This document shows, piece by piece, positions 48,114-57,965 of a stretch of DNA of 64,000 nt. The stretch's first letter is position 1. Each line of letters begins with the position of its first letter. Below the pieces are notes generated by a model. That model was not told the origin of the DNA. It made no database searches and saw nothing but the letters and a program-made list of their open reading frames with translations. This DNA is from a bacterium (GTDB taxonomy: Bacteria; Patescibacteriota; Minisyncoccia; Phycocordibacterales; UBA5272): the NCBI GenBank assembly GCA_023267535.1, contig JAHFNC010000002.1:119426-183425 (forward strand). The letters are read 5' to 3'. A program made the translations under genes and the position numbers.

Positions 48114-49007
48114 ATGTTTAGTTTTCGTAATTTTATTTATTTAATAATTTTAATTTCAGTTCTTATAATAGGATATTTCTATAATGTATTTTATACAATA
48201 CCAGGAAATTTTCCGAGAGGTGAAGTCTTTTTAATTGAAGAAGGTGAAAGTTTAAAAAGTGTAAGTGTTAGATTAGAAAATGACCATATTATAAACTCGG
48301 CGCTATGGTTTCGTGCTTTTCTTTCTTTGAAAAGAAAAGATAGAAATATGCAACTTGGATATTATAAATTTGATACACCGATTTCTCTTTCTAATGTGGC
48401 GCAGAAGATTTTCCAAACTGGCCCTGATTTACCGCTTATAAAAGTAACTTTCCCAGAGGGAAGTAATACTGATGAAATTTCAAAAATTTTAAAGGGGGCG
48501 TTGCCAAATTTTTCTGAAGACAAATTTAAATTATTTGTTAAACAGAATTCTTTAAATGGATTTTTATTTCCATCCACCTATTTTTTACTTCCATCGAGTA
48601 ATGAAGAAAGTATCGCTCTTAAAATGAAAAAAGTTTTTGACAAACAGTTTGTTTGGATAGATGTAAACGGAAAACACTTTTTAAATAATGAAAAAGATTT
48701 TGTCATTTTAGCTTCCATCTTGGAAGGGGAGGCAAAAACTGGAGACGACATGAAAATTGTTTCCGGAATTTTACAGAAAAGGTTGGCTAGTAATATGGCT
48801 CTTCAGGTAGATGTTGCTAAAGAAACATACAAAACAAAAGGATTGCCCATAACACCACTTAATAATCCAGGAAGTATTGCCATAGATGCAGCTTATAACC
48901 CAACGGAAACCAATTATTTTTTTTATTTAACAGGCCGTGATGGAAAAATGCATTATGCTAAAACTTTTGCAGAGCATAAAAGTAATATTGCTAAGTATTT
49001 AAAATAA
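48114..49007 (+). CDS. mltG: Endolytic murein transglycosylase MltG (YceG-like)
   Basis: N-terminal TM; YceG-like region LQKRLASNMALQVD and conserved Glu region ASILEGEAK. Confidence 0.8.
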   Translation: MFSFRNFIYLIILISVLIIGYFYNVFYTIPGNFPRGEVFLIEEGESLKSVSVRLENDHIINSALWFRAFLSLKRKDRNMQLGYYKFDTPISLSNVAQKIFQTGPDLPLIKVTFPEGSNTDEISKILKGALPNFSEDKFKLFVKQNSLNGFLFPSTYFLLPSSNEESIALKMKKVFDKQFVWIDVNGKHFLNNEKDFVILASILEGEAKTGDDMKIVSGILQKRLASNMALQVDVAKETYKTKGLPITPLNNPGSIAIDAAYNPTETNYFFYLTGRDGKMHYAKTFAEHKSNIAKYLK

Positions 49008-49123
49008 ATAATTTTTTATGGTAGAGTCAAGAGGTAGATGCTTGTTTAGCTTCTATGAGTGTTACGGCGACTCAGCTAGAAATGGCTTAACTGCCTCAGT
49101 AGTTCTTTCCAAGGAGAAATATC

Positions 49124-49702
49124 GTGGCTGGTTACGATGGTTCTGAGGGTGAATCACCTTGTAGTAGAAACAATTCTGAAGGGTGTGAGAAATGTCGTAG
49201 AGGATGTTTCCCGTACTCTGCTTTAATAGAAACACCCAGTGGTAAGATCCCTATTGGAGATTTAAGAGTAGGGCAAATGGTTCTATCTTATAGCAATACC
49301 GGTATTCTAGTGCCAAGACGTATCACGCGCAAATTATCGTATGGCCCAGCCTCAATTGTTAGAGTTGAGTTTACGCCTAACAAGACACACCTAAACTGTA
49401 CCGAGAGTCACAGTTTCCTGACCGGTAGAGGTTGGCTAGCTGTTAAAAAACTTCACTCAGGTGATAGTATTTTTCAGGCTAAGACCTCCCGCATCAGCCC
49501 AATACAGATTCGCAGAATCACATCAACTGGAAAAATGGAACCGGTGTTCAACCTTTATACGGAAGGTGAACACAATTTCATAGCCGATGATTGCATTGCT
49601 CATAACTTTACATTCCTTAGAGTGTTTAGGATGGCTTTGCACAGAATTTTCTTTGATAATTCTTCCAAGATTATGTTCGGCCAATTGACCGGACAAAACT
49701 AA
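49124..49702 (+). CDS. Stand-alone Hint (intein/bacterial-intein-like) domain protein with a Cys-rich N-terminal peptide and a 31 aa hydrophobic C-terminal tail; GTG start
   Basis: Hint blocks CFPYSALIETPSGKIPIGDLRVGQMV (N-terminal Cys), TESHSF (TxxH), EGEHNFIADDCIAHN (terminal HN); GC-richer patch. Confidence 0.6.
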   Translation: MAGYDGSEGESPCSRNNSEGCEKCRRGCFPYSALIETPSGKIPIGDLRVGQMVLSYSNTGILVPRRITRKLSYGPASIVRVEFTPNKTHLNCTESHSFLTGRGWLAVKKLHSGDSIFQAKTSRISPIQIRRITSTGKMEPVFNLYTEGEHNFIADDCIAHNFTFLRVFRMALHRIFFDNSSKIMFGQLTGQN

Positions 49703-49714
49703 TCGAAATTACTT

Positions 49715-49746
49715 ATAAGCTCACTTGCGTGGGCTTATTTTTTTAT
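49715..49746 (+). terminator. Intrinsic terminator
   Basis: ataagctcac-ttgc-gtgggcttat followed by a T-run. Confidence 0.65.
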
Positions 49747-49778
49747 TAACGACGTAGAGCGAGAGAAGTGGAAAAGTA
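49743..49778 (+). repeat. Post-terminator motif, copy 1 (TTATTRACGACGTARAGCGAGAGAAG.G.AAAAGTA)
   Basis: ttattaacgacgtagagcgagagaagtggaaaagta; compare 57923-57958. Confidence 0.5.
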
Positions 49779-49889
49779 ATCTTTTACACTTCCGAGCCGA
49801 GGAGTTAAAAAGGATGAAATACCTCGTCAGCTTGCTGCTATAATCTTTTATTTTATAAACTCTCATATGTTATAATCTATTATCTAATT

Positions 49890-50441
49890 ATGAAATTACA
49901 CAACCTCGCATTTATCGACACCGAAACAACAGGACTTGATCCAAATAAGCACGAAATAATAGAACTTGCCGTGATTGTTGCAAAACAAATACCACGCGAA
50001 GGCAGAGGCCCTAAGTTAGAAGTTATTGAAGAATATGAATGGAAAATAAAACCTCTTCATATAGAAACTGCTGAAGAACAAGCTCTTCGCGTGAATGGAT
50101 ATAACGAAGTAGATTGGATGTTCGCTCTTGATTTAAAACCCGTCATGGAAGAATTTTCTAAAAAAACTGAAAGCGCAATTTTCGTATCACACAATTTAAC
50201 TTTTGATTATAATTTTTTGATGAAAGCCTTTGAAGAAACAGGAGTAGAAAATAGAATGCATTATGGAAAATTAGACACGATATCAATTGCTTTCGCTAGA
50301 TTATATGACGCACCACTAGCTGAAAGATTTTCTCTAAAGGCAATTGCTGAATTATTAAAAGTAGAAAACACTAAAGCACACACCGCACTTGCCGATACTA
50401 GAGCTTTGTTTGAATCATATCGTAAACTTATGGGGGCTTAG
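49890..50441 (+). CDS. DnaQ-like 3'-5' exonuclease (DEDDh)
   Basis: Exo I AFIDTETTGLD; Exo III HTALADTRAL. Confidence 0.75.
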   Translation: MKLHNLAFIDTETTGLDPNKHEIIELAVIVAKQIPREGRGPKLEVIEEYEWKIKPLHIETAEEQALRVNGYNEVDWMFALDLKPVMEEFSKKTESAIFVSHNLTFDYNFLMKAFEETGVENRMHYGKLDTISIAFARLYDAPLAERFSLKAIAELLKVENTKAHTALADTRALFESYRKLMGA

Positions 50442-50456
50442 TTTATAAATTAATAA

Positions 50457-50486
50457 GCGCAAGCTTTTGGCTTGCGCTCGTTTTTA
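50457..50486. terminator. Bidirectional intrinsic terminator
   Basis: agcgcaagc-ttttg-gcttgcgct followed by a T-run. Confidence 0.65.
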
Positions 50487-50813
50487 TCTCCATATTTGTT
50501 CAATCCAGCAATTGGGGTAAATATGAGGAGTCCCGAATTGGTCATACTGGAGATTGTAGCTATTGCCACACCTGAGTATCTGAATTGGTTGTGGCCTCAT
50601 CTGAGGTGTTTGATACATTGGCATTGGGGCCATATATCCGCCCATATACCCACCCTGGAAACCAAAATACTGGCTACGGGGGGTGTTACCTAAGGATAAG
50701 GCGAAACCGTTACCGGCAATGGAAATGTTCCCGTAAACTCGAGAATTGGCGTTTGCGGGGATTATGGTTACCACCAAAATACAAAGAGCAATTATTGCCA
50801 ACAATCTTTTCAT
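50484..50813 (-). CDS. Small secreted Gly/Tyr/Met/Pro/Gln-rich protein with 3 Cys
   Basis: Signal peptide MKRLLAIIALCILVVTIIPANA; GC-richer patch. Confidence 0.4.
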   Translation of the reverse strand: MKRLLAIIALCILVVTIIPANANSRVYGNISIAGNGFALSLGNTPRSQYFGFQGGYMGGYMAPMPMYQTPQMRPQPIQILRCGNSYNLQYDQFGTPHIYPNCWIEQIWR

Positions 50814-50951
50814 GATTGTCTCCTTTTCATTTAGGATAATCTTATTCTATTCTTCTAAAATTGAATTGTATAGAGTTGACGAAATCAATAATTTTCTCTT
50901 TTTAGTTGTCAATTTTATTGTTAATATTTTTAAATATGTTAGATTCATTTA

Positions 50952-52007
50952 ATGGATAAAGTGAAAGGAAAAAAAATTTTTGTTGGCATGTCTGGCGGAG
51001 TGGACTCATCTGTCTCAGCTCTTCTTCTTAAACAAGAAGGATATGACGTGACCGGTGTGTTTATAAAAGTTTGGCAACCAGATTTTGTAGAATGTACTTG
51101 GAAGGAAGATAGATTAGATGCTATGCGTGTTTGTGCACAATTAGAAATTCCATTTGTTACTCTAGACTTAGAAAAGGAATATAAAAGAGAAGTGATTGAT
51201 TATATGATAGACGAATATAAAGTTGGCCGTACTCCAAATCCAGATGTAATGTGTAATCGTTATGTAAAGTTTGGTGCATTTTGGGATTGGGCAAAAGATA
51301 ATGGTGCCGACTTTATCGCCACTGGTCACTACGCAAATACCGACAATCAGAATTTAATTGTAAGCAAAGATAAAAACAAAGATCAAACTTATTTTCTTTG
51401 GACGTTAAACAAAAACGATTTAGAGCATATTTTATTTCCGATTGGAAATATGGAAAAAAGCAAAGTTAGAAAAATTGCTGAAAAAAACAATATATATACA
51501 AGTCATAAAAAAGATAGCCAAGGATTGTGTTTTATTGGAACAATTGATATTAAAGATTTTTTGAAGTCGCAAATAGAAAGTCAAAAGGGAAATATTGTAA
51601 ATGAAAATGGAAATGTAATTGGTCATCACGAAGGCGTCATATTTTATACCATTGGAGAAAGACACGGATTTACAATTACAGAAAAAAGTACAGAAGAAAA
51701 GCCGTACTTTATTGTTGCTAAAGATTTTGAAAATAATTTACTAGTTGTCTCACATCATAAGCCAGAGGAAAAAGTTGGCGATGAATTTGAAATTGAAAAA
51801 GTAAATTTTGTAAACGATAGAGTTGAGGAAGAAAAAACTTATTCTGCTCGTGCTCGCTACCGTGCACCACTTTCGAAAATAAAAATTAGAAATGAAAATG
51901 GAAAATGGATTGTAAAGAAAGTTGAAGGGGATTTGGTGCCTGTCTCTGGGCAATCGCTGGTAATTTATGATAACGAAAAATGTATTGGTGGTGGAATTAT
52001 ACTATAA
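50952..52007 (+). CDS. mnmA: tRNA-specific 2-thiouridylase MnmA
   Basis: PP-loop VGMSGGVDSSVSALLL; CNRYVKFGAF. Confidence 0.9.
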   Translation: MDKVKGKKIFVGMSGGVDSSVSALLLKQEGYDVTGVFIKVWQPDFVECTWKEDRLDAMRVCAQLEIPFVTLDLEKEYKREVIDYMIDEYKVGRTPNPDVMCNRYVKFGAFWDWAKDNGADFIATGHYANTDNQNLIVSKDKNKDQTYFLWTLNKNDLEHILFPIGNMEKSKVRKIAEKNNIYTSHKKDSQGLCFIGTIDIKDFLKSQIESQKGNIVNENGNVIGHHEGVIFYTIGERHGFTITEKSTEEKPYFIVAKDFENNLLVVSHHKPEEKVGDEFEIEKVNFVNDRVEEEKTYSARARYRAPLSKIKIRNENGKWIVKKVEGDLVPVSGQSLVIYDNEKCIGGGIIL

Positions 52008-52734
52008 ACCCAATTATCAAATACATTAACACTGCTCCTAAAACAGTCGCTACAACTGTGGATATTTTTGATTCATCGCTGTGTGCTTCTGGCAAAATAT
52101 CGGAAGCACTAATGTAAAGTAAAAATCCTCCGAATAGTCCAAGATAAATTAGAGAAAAAGTTTGTGGAATTTGGAAAAACAAAGTTCCAGTGGCTCCAAG
52201 TATTGGGGCGAGCGAATCTATAACCAAAAATATAAAAGCTTTTTTATTTGAATTTTTATGAGCTTTCATTAAAGACACTGTATTTATTCCATCAAAAAAG
52301 TCATGAGCCAGTACTGCAATGGCTACAGAGATTCCAGCTACATTTGAAAATTGAAAAGCAATACCAATACCAACACCGTCTAGAAATGAATGAGCAATCA
52401 AAGCTACGGCTGACCCGACACCAATTGATGGATGATGATGTGAATTATATTCCTTTTCATGAGAATGATGAATTAAAATATATTTTTCAATAATATGAAA
52501 TAGTAAAAACCCAACGATAAAAGGAAGCATAGCTTTACTAAAATTTATATTTAATTTATTAGAGAGCTCAGCTACTTCAGGTAAAATATCAAAGAATACT
52601 ACGGAAATTATGGCTCCAGCGGCAAACCCAAGCAATAAGCGAAGACTTTTGTGAAATTTGAAAGCAACAAAACCGCCCAAAGAGGTGGTGAAAAAAGTGG
52701 CAATTATTAAACCAAATAACCAGTAGTTATGCAT
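51997..52734 (-). CDS. ZIP-family metal (zinc) transporter
   Basis: HSFLDGVGIGIAF and HDFFDGIN motifs; His-rich loop HHSHEKEYNSHHHP. Confidence 0.8.
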   Translation of the reverse strand: MHNYWLFGLIIATFFTTSLGGFVAFKFHKSLRLLLGFAAGAIISVVFFDILPEVAELSNKLNINFSKAMLPFIVGFLLFHIIEKYILIHHSHEKEYNSHHHPSIGVGSAVALIAHSFLDGVGIGIAFQFSNVAGISVAIAVLAHDFFDGINTVSLMKAHKNSNKKAFIFLVIDSLAPILGATGTLFFQIPQTFSLIYLGLFGGFLLYISASDILPEAHSDESKISTVVATVLGAVLMYLIIGFIV

Positions 52735-52820
52735 AATTAGTTAGTTTATTTTATATTTTTTTGTGATTATGTCAAATGCAAATCATTTGCAAAAATAAAA
52801 AGTAAGATTATAATTTAATT

Positions 52821-53249
52821 ATGAAGAAATACACTAATGAAGAAATAGAAAAGATTTTGAAAGATTTAGGACTTAGGGTTACTGATCACAGAGTATTAAT
52901 TTTCAAAACACTTTCCAAATCTAGAAATGGAATGTCTGTAGAAGAAATATTTCAAAAAGTAGACAAGAGAGGAAATATTGATCAAGCCACAGTTTATAGA
53001 AATCTCTCATCTTTGGTTAAAGTGGGACTTATTAGAAAGACTGATTTTAATTTAGGAAAATCTTTTTATGAATTAGAACAAGGTATTGTGGTCTGTCGTT
53101 TTGTTTGTAGCGTGTGTCACCAAATAGAAAAGACGGATAATAAACAAGTTGTTGATAGCTTAAAAAAGATTTACAAAAATAGTAAGAAGTTTAAGAATAC
53201 GACCTTATCTTCTGTTGAGTTTTATGGTGTTTGCAAGAAGTGCGTTTAG
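52821..53249 (+). CDS. Fur-family regulator, probably Zur (divergent from the ZIP transporter)
   Basis: Winged-helix HTH region ATVYRNLSSLVKVGLI; C-terminal CxxC...CxxC. Confidence 0.75.
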   Translation: MKKYTNEEIEKILKDLGLRVTDHRVLIFKTLSKSRNGMSVEEIFQKVDKRGNIDQATVYRNLSSLVKVGLIRKTDFNLGKSFYELEQGIVVCRFVCSVCHQIEKTDNKQVVDSLKKIYKNSKKFKNTTLSSVEFYGVCKKCV

Positions 53250-53263
53250 TTTTTTGAATATTA

Positions 53264-53292
53264 AAAAGAGCGAGCCGTAGGCCCGCTCTTTT
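53264..53292. terminator. Bidirectional intrinsic terminator between the convergent Fur and DsbA-like genes
   Basis: aaaagagcgagcc-gta-ggcccgctctttt. Confidence 0.7.
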
Positions 53293-53305
53293 TACATTAA
53301 CTTAA

Positions 53306-54097
53306 TTATTTGCTTAATGCTTGGTCAACAGCAGCTTTTACAAAATCATAAGGTCTTGCTCCGTCTATCATGGCTACCACTTGATATTCACTACCTTTTT
53401 TAACCAATACAAAAGTTGAAGGTGTTCCCTGAACTCCAGCCTTAACTCCGTCAGCCATAGAATCGTTCACTTCTGTTGCAGTGTCGTTATTATTCATACA
53501 GGAATTAAATTTAGTCATATCTAGCCCAATGCTATTTGCTAAGTCTTCCTTTCCTGTTTTTGTTAGTTGTGTTGTTTGTTTATTAAATTTGTAATCAAAC
53601 AAAGCGTTCATATAATCATAATAACTTTTTGTTCCTCCAATTTTTCCAGCACAGGCAATAGCACGAGATTCATCAAATGCATGTTGATGAATAGAAGTGA
53701 GTGGGAATTGTCTGTATACAAAAGAGATTTTATTACCGTAGTCATTCATCATACTTTTTATTGTTGGATGAAATTGAGCACAGAACGGACATTCTGGATC
53801 AGAATATTCAATCACTGTGACATTACTTTTAGCGTTTCCTAGAACGTAATCTTTAGAATCAATTGCTTTACCAGTAAATTGTGTTGACGGAGCAGAAGGC
53901 GCTTTGTTGTTTAGATTAACTTTTTTACCAGTTAAGTCAGAGAAAAATGCTGACAAAGCAGAAGATTGATCGTCGATTTTCTGGTTAACTGTTTTGCCAA
54001 CTATAATAATACTTCCGCCAATTATAATTGCGCCAATGATAACCGCAATTGGCGTTGTTAGTTTAATATTTTTTAATAGGTGTTTTATTTTTGACAT
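53306..54097 (-). CDS. DsbA-like thiol:disulfide oxidoreductase, membrane-anchored
   Basis: N-terminal TM; thioredoxin-fold CPFC active site (CPFCAQFH). Confidence 0.75.
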   Translation of the reverse strand: MSKIKHLLKNIKLTTPIAVIIGAIIIGGSIIIVGKTVNQKIDDQSSALSAFFSDLTGKKVNLNNKAPSAPSTQFTGKAIDSKDYVLGNAKSNVTVIEYSDPECPFCAQFHPTIKSMMNDYGNKISFVYRQFPLTSIHQHAFDESRAIACAGKIGGTKSYYDYMNALFDYKFNKQTTQLTKTGKEDLANSIGLDMTKFNSCMNNNDTATEVNDSMADGVKAGVQGTPSTFVLVKKGSEYQVVAMIDGARPYDFVKAAVDQALSK

Positions 54098-54153
54098 ATT
54101 TGTTATTATATCTATAAAGATAATAGATGAAATTATATCATTAAATCACCATT

Positions 54154-54729
54154 ATGTTCAAAAAACTAACATTTCCATCTAAAAGAGTCCTGCGTCATGC
54201 CTTTATATCTTTCTTAATTGAGTTTTCTCCAATACTTGTTTTTGTTTTTTCTTATAAATATTTACATATTTATAAAGATACTTTTCTTTTAATGATAATG
54301 ACTATCATATCAACCTTCTTTGCATATATAAAAGAAAAAAGAATTCCTTACGTTGGTCTTTATGTGGCTCTTCTTACTATAATCTTTGGTTATATAACAA
54401 TCGCTTATCGTATTCCTAAATTTATTCAGATAAGAGATACTTTTTATGATTTAACTTTTGCTCTAACACTGGCAGTGGGTCTTTTGTATGGAAAAGTCTT
54501 TTTTAAAGATGCCTTAAATACTTCTATACCAATGCTTAGAGAATCTTGGATAAAAGTAACTCAAGCCTGGGTTGTCTTTTTTATAGCTTGCGCCATAATG
54601 AATGAATTTATTCGTAGGAATTTTTCTATTCACGCTTGGATACAATACAAAATGATTATGATTTTTGTTTCTATTTTATTTGCCTTCATTATTTTAGTTA
54701 GTTTTTATAAACCAGAGCCTAAACATTAG
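54154..54729 (+). CDS. Multi-TM membrane protein, possibly intracellular septation protein A (YciB)-like
   Basis: 191 aa, about 5 TM, overall pattern similar to YciB. Confidence 0.4.
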   Translation: MFKKLTFPSKRVLRHAFISFLIEFSPILVFVFSYKYLHIYKDTFLLMIMTIISTFFAYIKEKRIPYVGLYVALLTIIFGYITIAYRIPKFIQIRDTFYDLTFALTLAVGLLYGKVFFKDALNTSIPMLRESWIKVTQAWVVFFIACAIMNEFIRRNFSIHAWIQYKMIMIFVSILFAFIILVSFYKPEPKH

Positions 54730-54800
54730 AAATGTGTTTTTTTAAAAATAATGGTAGTATCTAGATGCCGTTTTAGTTCTTTAACTGTGGGGGATTAAGA

Positions 54801-55097
54801 ATGCGTATTTTTGAGAGAATAATAATCTGTGGATCAATTAGCCACAGAAACGGGACCTCCAGAATAAGGAGATGTTACATTTTGGTGGAAGGAGTGGAGT
54901 TACCAGAGGAAGATTCTTTTCCTCCTGGGAACCAAAAAGATTATCAAGTTTTTATGGATAATCTCTCGCCCTTTTTAGGGGTAGGAAATTTTCCCTCCGG
55001 AGAAGTTGAGATACCAGTAAGTAAAACCAAAAATCCGAGTCATGTTTTTGAAATAATAACCTTAACCTACCCAAATCTGATTGACAAGTATTGTTAA
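54801..55097 (+). CDS. Hypothetical small protein
   Basis: ORF only. Confidence 0.25.
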   Translation: MRIFERIIICGSISHRNGTSRIRRCYILVEGVELPEEDSFPPGNQKDYQVFMDNLSPFLGVGNFPSGEVEIPVSKTKNPSHVFEIITLTYPNLIDKYC

Positions 55098-55143
55098 TTG
55101 CTAAAATCCAAACCCGAGCCAAGCACTCGGGTTTTCGTTTTTT

Positions 55144-55608
55144 ATGATATTATTTTTAGATATGGATTTACTTATTATATTTTTCGCCAAGTATTTTATT
55201 TTTTTAATTATTATTTTTGTTGGTTTGTTTCTATTAAATCATCACGGACATACGAAGCTTTTTTATAAAAATGCTTTAATTATTTTCTTGTCAGCTTTAT
55301 GCGCTTGGATTGTTGCTTACATTTTAAAAGATATTATTAAACATCCTCGTCCCGACGAAACTCTGGCTCTAATCAAAGACGGCTCATATAGTTTCCCTTC
55401 TGGACACACCACTTTTATTTCAGCATTAGGCATGTCTCTTTCGAATATAAACAAAAAGATTGGTTATAAAATAATATTTTTATCTTTGATTGTTGGTTTC
55501 GCTAGAGTCTTAGCTGGAGTTCACTTTTGGTATGACATATTAGGTGGTCTTGTTTTAGGTATTGTCATTTCTTTTGCTTTGACTAAATTAGTTAGAAAAT
55601 TCATTTAG
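55144..55608 (+). CDS. PAP2-family phosphatase (undecaprenyl-diphosphatase-like)
   Basis: Motifs KHPRPD, SFPSGHT, SRVLAGVHFWYD. Confidence 0.7.
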   Translation: MILFLDMDLLIIFFAKYFIFLIIIFVGLFLLNHHGHTKLFYKNALIIFLSALCAWIVAYILKDIIKHPRPDETLALIKDGSYSFPSGHTTFISALGMSLSNINKKIGYKIIFLSLIVGFARVLAGVHFWYDILGGLVLGIVISFALTKLVRKFI

Positions 55609-55653
55609 TTACCAACAGGAAACTTATTTTTCCCGTGTTAAACTTTATTTAAT

Positions 55654-57888
55654 ATGCGCTTGTCCCAGATTATTGTTCATGGTTTTAAATCTTTTGCTAA
55701 AAAGACGACTATTGATATTACTCATAGCGTAACTGGCGTTGTCGGACCAAATGGGTCAGGTAAATCAAATGTTGCTGAAGCAATACGATTTGTTTTGGGT
55801 GAGCAATCAATGAAATCAATGCGTGGCAAGCTTGGTTCTGATTTAATTTTCAAGGGTTCAGAATTTTTACCTATTGCTAGTCGTGCCTCAGTTTCCATAA
55901 TGATTGATAATCGTGATAAATCAGATTACGCTCACGCCAGTATGGAGATTGCGCCGTTTTTGGCTTATGACGAAATAAGATTAGCCAGAATGATATATTC
56001 TGATGGAACTAGTGATTACACTATAAATGATGCCAAAGTCAGATTAAAAGATGTTCAGGAGTTGTTGTCCTTTGCTGGAATTGGAGCCAGTGCTCACACA
56101 ATTATCAATCAAGGCGAGACTGATAAAATATTACTGTCATCTCCTAAAGAAAAAAAAGAAGCGATAGAAGACGCTCTTTCACTTCGTGTTTATCATATGC
56201 GCATTGATGAAAGTAAAAGAAAATTAGAAAGAGTTAAAGAAAAAGTTAGAGAAGTTGAACTTTTACGAAAAGAAATTGCTCCACACATAACTCATCTTAA
56301 AAAGCAGGTTGATAAAATAGAATCAAAAGAAAAAGAAATAAAAAAATTAAATGGAGTCCTGTCTGTTTTCTTAAAGAGAGAAGAAAAAGAAATAACAACT
56401 CTTAAAAATAATATTGAAGAAAATGGAACATCAGTTTCTTTGGCGATTATTGCTGAGTCTATAAAAAAAGAAATAAGCTCTTCTTTTTTGAACAAAAATG
56501 AAAGTGAAACAAAAGAAGAAAAGACAGTAGATAAAACTTTCAATAATAAAAATAATTTTATTATTGAAATGCGTGAATTAAGAACCAAAAAAGATTCTAT
56601 AACCAAAAATATTGGAAGACTTGAAGCCGAAAGAGCCTTTTTAGAAAGAGAAATAAAGAAAAGTAATGAAAGTGATGAATATAATATTAAATTTTCATAT
56701 TTAAAAGATGTTAAAAATAACATCAAATCATCTTTTGCTAAATTAAAAGTTTTAATTGATGAAAGCAAAAAAGAAGAGGCGCAAGCTGAATTGGTAAATA
56801 CCGAAAATATTTCGGCCGAATTTTTTGATTCTATTTTATCTAATGATCAGTCTGATAAAAAGATAGATTTGGAAGTTGAAGTTAAGAAAAGAAATGCTGA
56901 AATTGTTGATTTAGAAGAAAAAGAAAAGGAAGCAAATAGAGACATATCTTTGCTTCAAGAAAAAATTGATAAAGAAAATGAAGAAGAGAGGAAGGTTATA
57001 GAAGAAAAACACACCGAAGAAAAGAAACATTTGGTATTGGAGGGAAAACTTAAAGAATTTGAAAGTATGATTGCTCTTCGCAGAGAAGAAGAGAGCAGAT
57101 TAAATTTAAAAGAAGAAAGATTCAACTCATTATTAAATGAAGGTATGGTTATTATTGGAAAAGAAATTCTAGGATACAAGGAAGCTAATACAGAAGATAA
57201 TTTTTCTGATACAAAAAACGAGGATTTGCTTCGGGCAATAGAAAGAGCCAAGCTCCGCATCGAAGAAGCTGGAGTGGTTAATGCCTCTGATGTTATAGAA
57301 GAATACAAAACAGTAAACGAAAGAGAAGAATATCTAAAGAAAGAGCTCACTGATATAAAAGAAAGTGAAGAAAAATTATATTTATTGATTGATGATTTAA
57401 CCAAAACTCTAGAACTTAAGTTTGAACATGGGGTAAAACAGATTTCTGATTCATTTGGAAAATATTTCAATGATGTTTTCCCTGGTGGCAAAGCTCGTCT
57501 TACTTCTGTTCCGATTATAAAAATAAATGAAGAAGGGGAAGAAATAAAAGAATTTGGATTAGATATAGATATTTCTTTACCAGCAAAAAAAGTAAAAGAA
57601 TTAGCAATGTTATCCGGCGGAGAAAAAGCTCTTACTTCAATTGCACTTTTATTTGCCATGTCATCACTCACTCCGCCGCCATTTATGGTGTTAGATGAGA
57701 CTGACGCCCCGCTTGATGAACACAATGCTCAGAAATATGGTCTGATGATAAAAGAATTAGCAAAGAAAAGTAAATTACTGGTCATCACTCATAATCGAGA
57801 GACTATGAATTATTGTGATATGTTGTACGGCGTTACCTTGGGTGCCGAAGGTGCAAGTAAATTACTTTCAATAAATCTTAAGGAATAA
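55654..57888 (+). CDS. smc: SMC-family chromosome segregation ATPase (short, 744 aa)
   Basis: N-terminal Walker A GPNGSGKSNVAEAIRFVLGEQS; long coiled coil; C-terminal LSGGEKALTSIALLFA...VLDETDAPLDE. Confidence 0.8.
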   Translation: MRLSQIIVHGFKSFAKKTTIDITHSVTGVVGPNGSGKSNVAEAIRFVLGEQSMKSMRGKLGSDLIFKGSEFLPIASRASVSIMIDNRDKSDYAHASMEIAPFLAYDEIRLARMIYSDGTSDYTINDAKVRLKDVQELLSFAGIGASAHTIINQGETDKILLSSPKEKKEAIEDALSLRVYHMRIDESKRKLERVKEKVREVELLRKEIAPHITHLKKQVDKIESKEKEIKKLNGVLSVFLKREEKEITTLKNNIEENGTSVSLAIIAESIKKEISSSFLNKNESETKEEKTVDKTFNNKNNFIIEMRELRTKKDSITKNIGRLEAERAFLEREIKKSNESDEYNIKFSYLKDVKNNIKSSFAKLKVLIDESKKEEAQAELVNTENISAEFFDSILSNDQSDKKIDLEVEVKKRNAEIVDLEEKEKEANRDISLLQEKIDKENEEERKVIEEKHTEEKKHLVLEGKLKEFESMIALRREEESRLNLKEERFNSLLNEGMVIIGKEILGYKEANTEDNFSDTKNEDLLRAIERAKLRIEEAGVVNASDVIEEYKTVNEREEYLKKELTDIKESEEKLYLLIDDLTKTLELKFEHGVKQISDSFGKYFNDVFPGGKARLTSVPIIKINEEGEEIKEFGLDIDISLPAKKVKELAMLSGGEKALTSIALLFAMSSLTPPPFMVLDETDAPLDEHNAQKYGLMIKELAKKSKLLVITHNRETMNYCDMLYGVTLGAEGASKLLSINLKE

Positions 57889-57924
57889 AAATGCGCGAGT
57901 TAGCCTCGCGCATTTGCTGTTTTT
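57887..57924 (+). terminator. Intrinsic terminator after smc
   Basis: aaaatgcgcgag-ttagc-ctcgcgcattt followed by a T-run. Confidence 0.7.
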
Positions 57925-57958
57925 ATTGACGACGTAAAGCGAGAGAAGAGAAAAAGTA
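57923..57958 (+). repeat. Post-terminator motif, copy 2
   Basis: ttattgacgacgtaaagcgagagaagagaaaaagta, 29 of 36 identical to 49743-49778, at the same position relative to a terminator. Confidence 0.5.
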
Positions 57959-57965
57959 GGAACCC

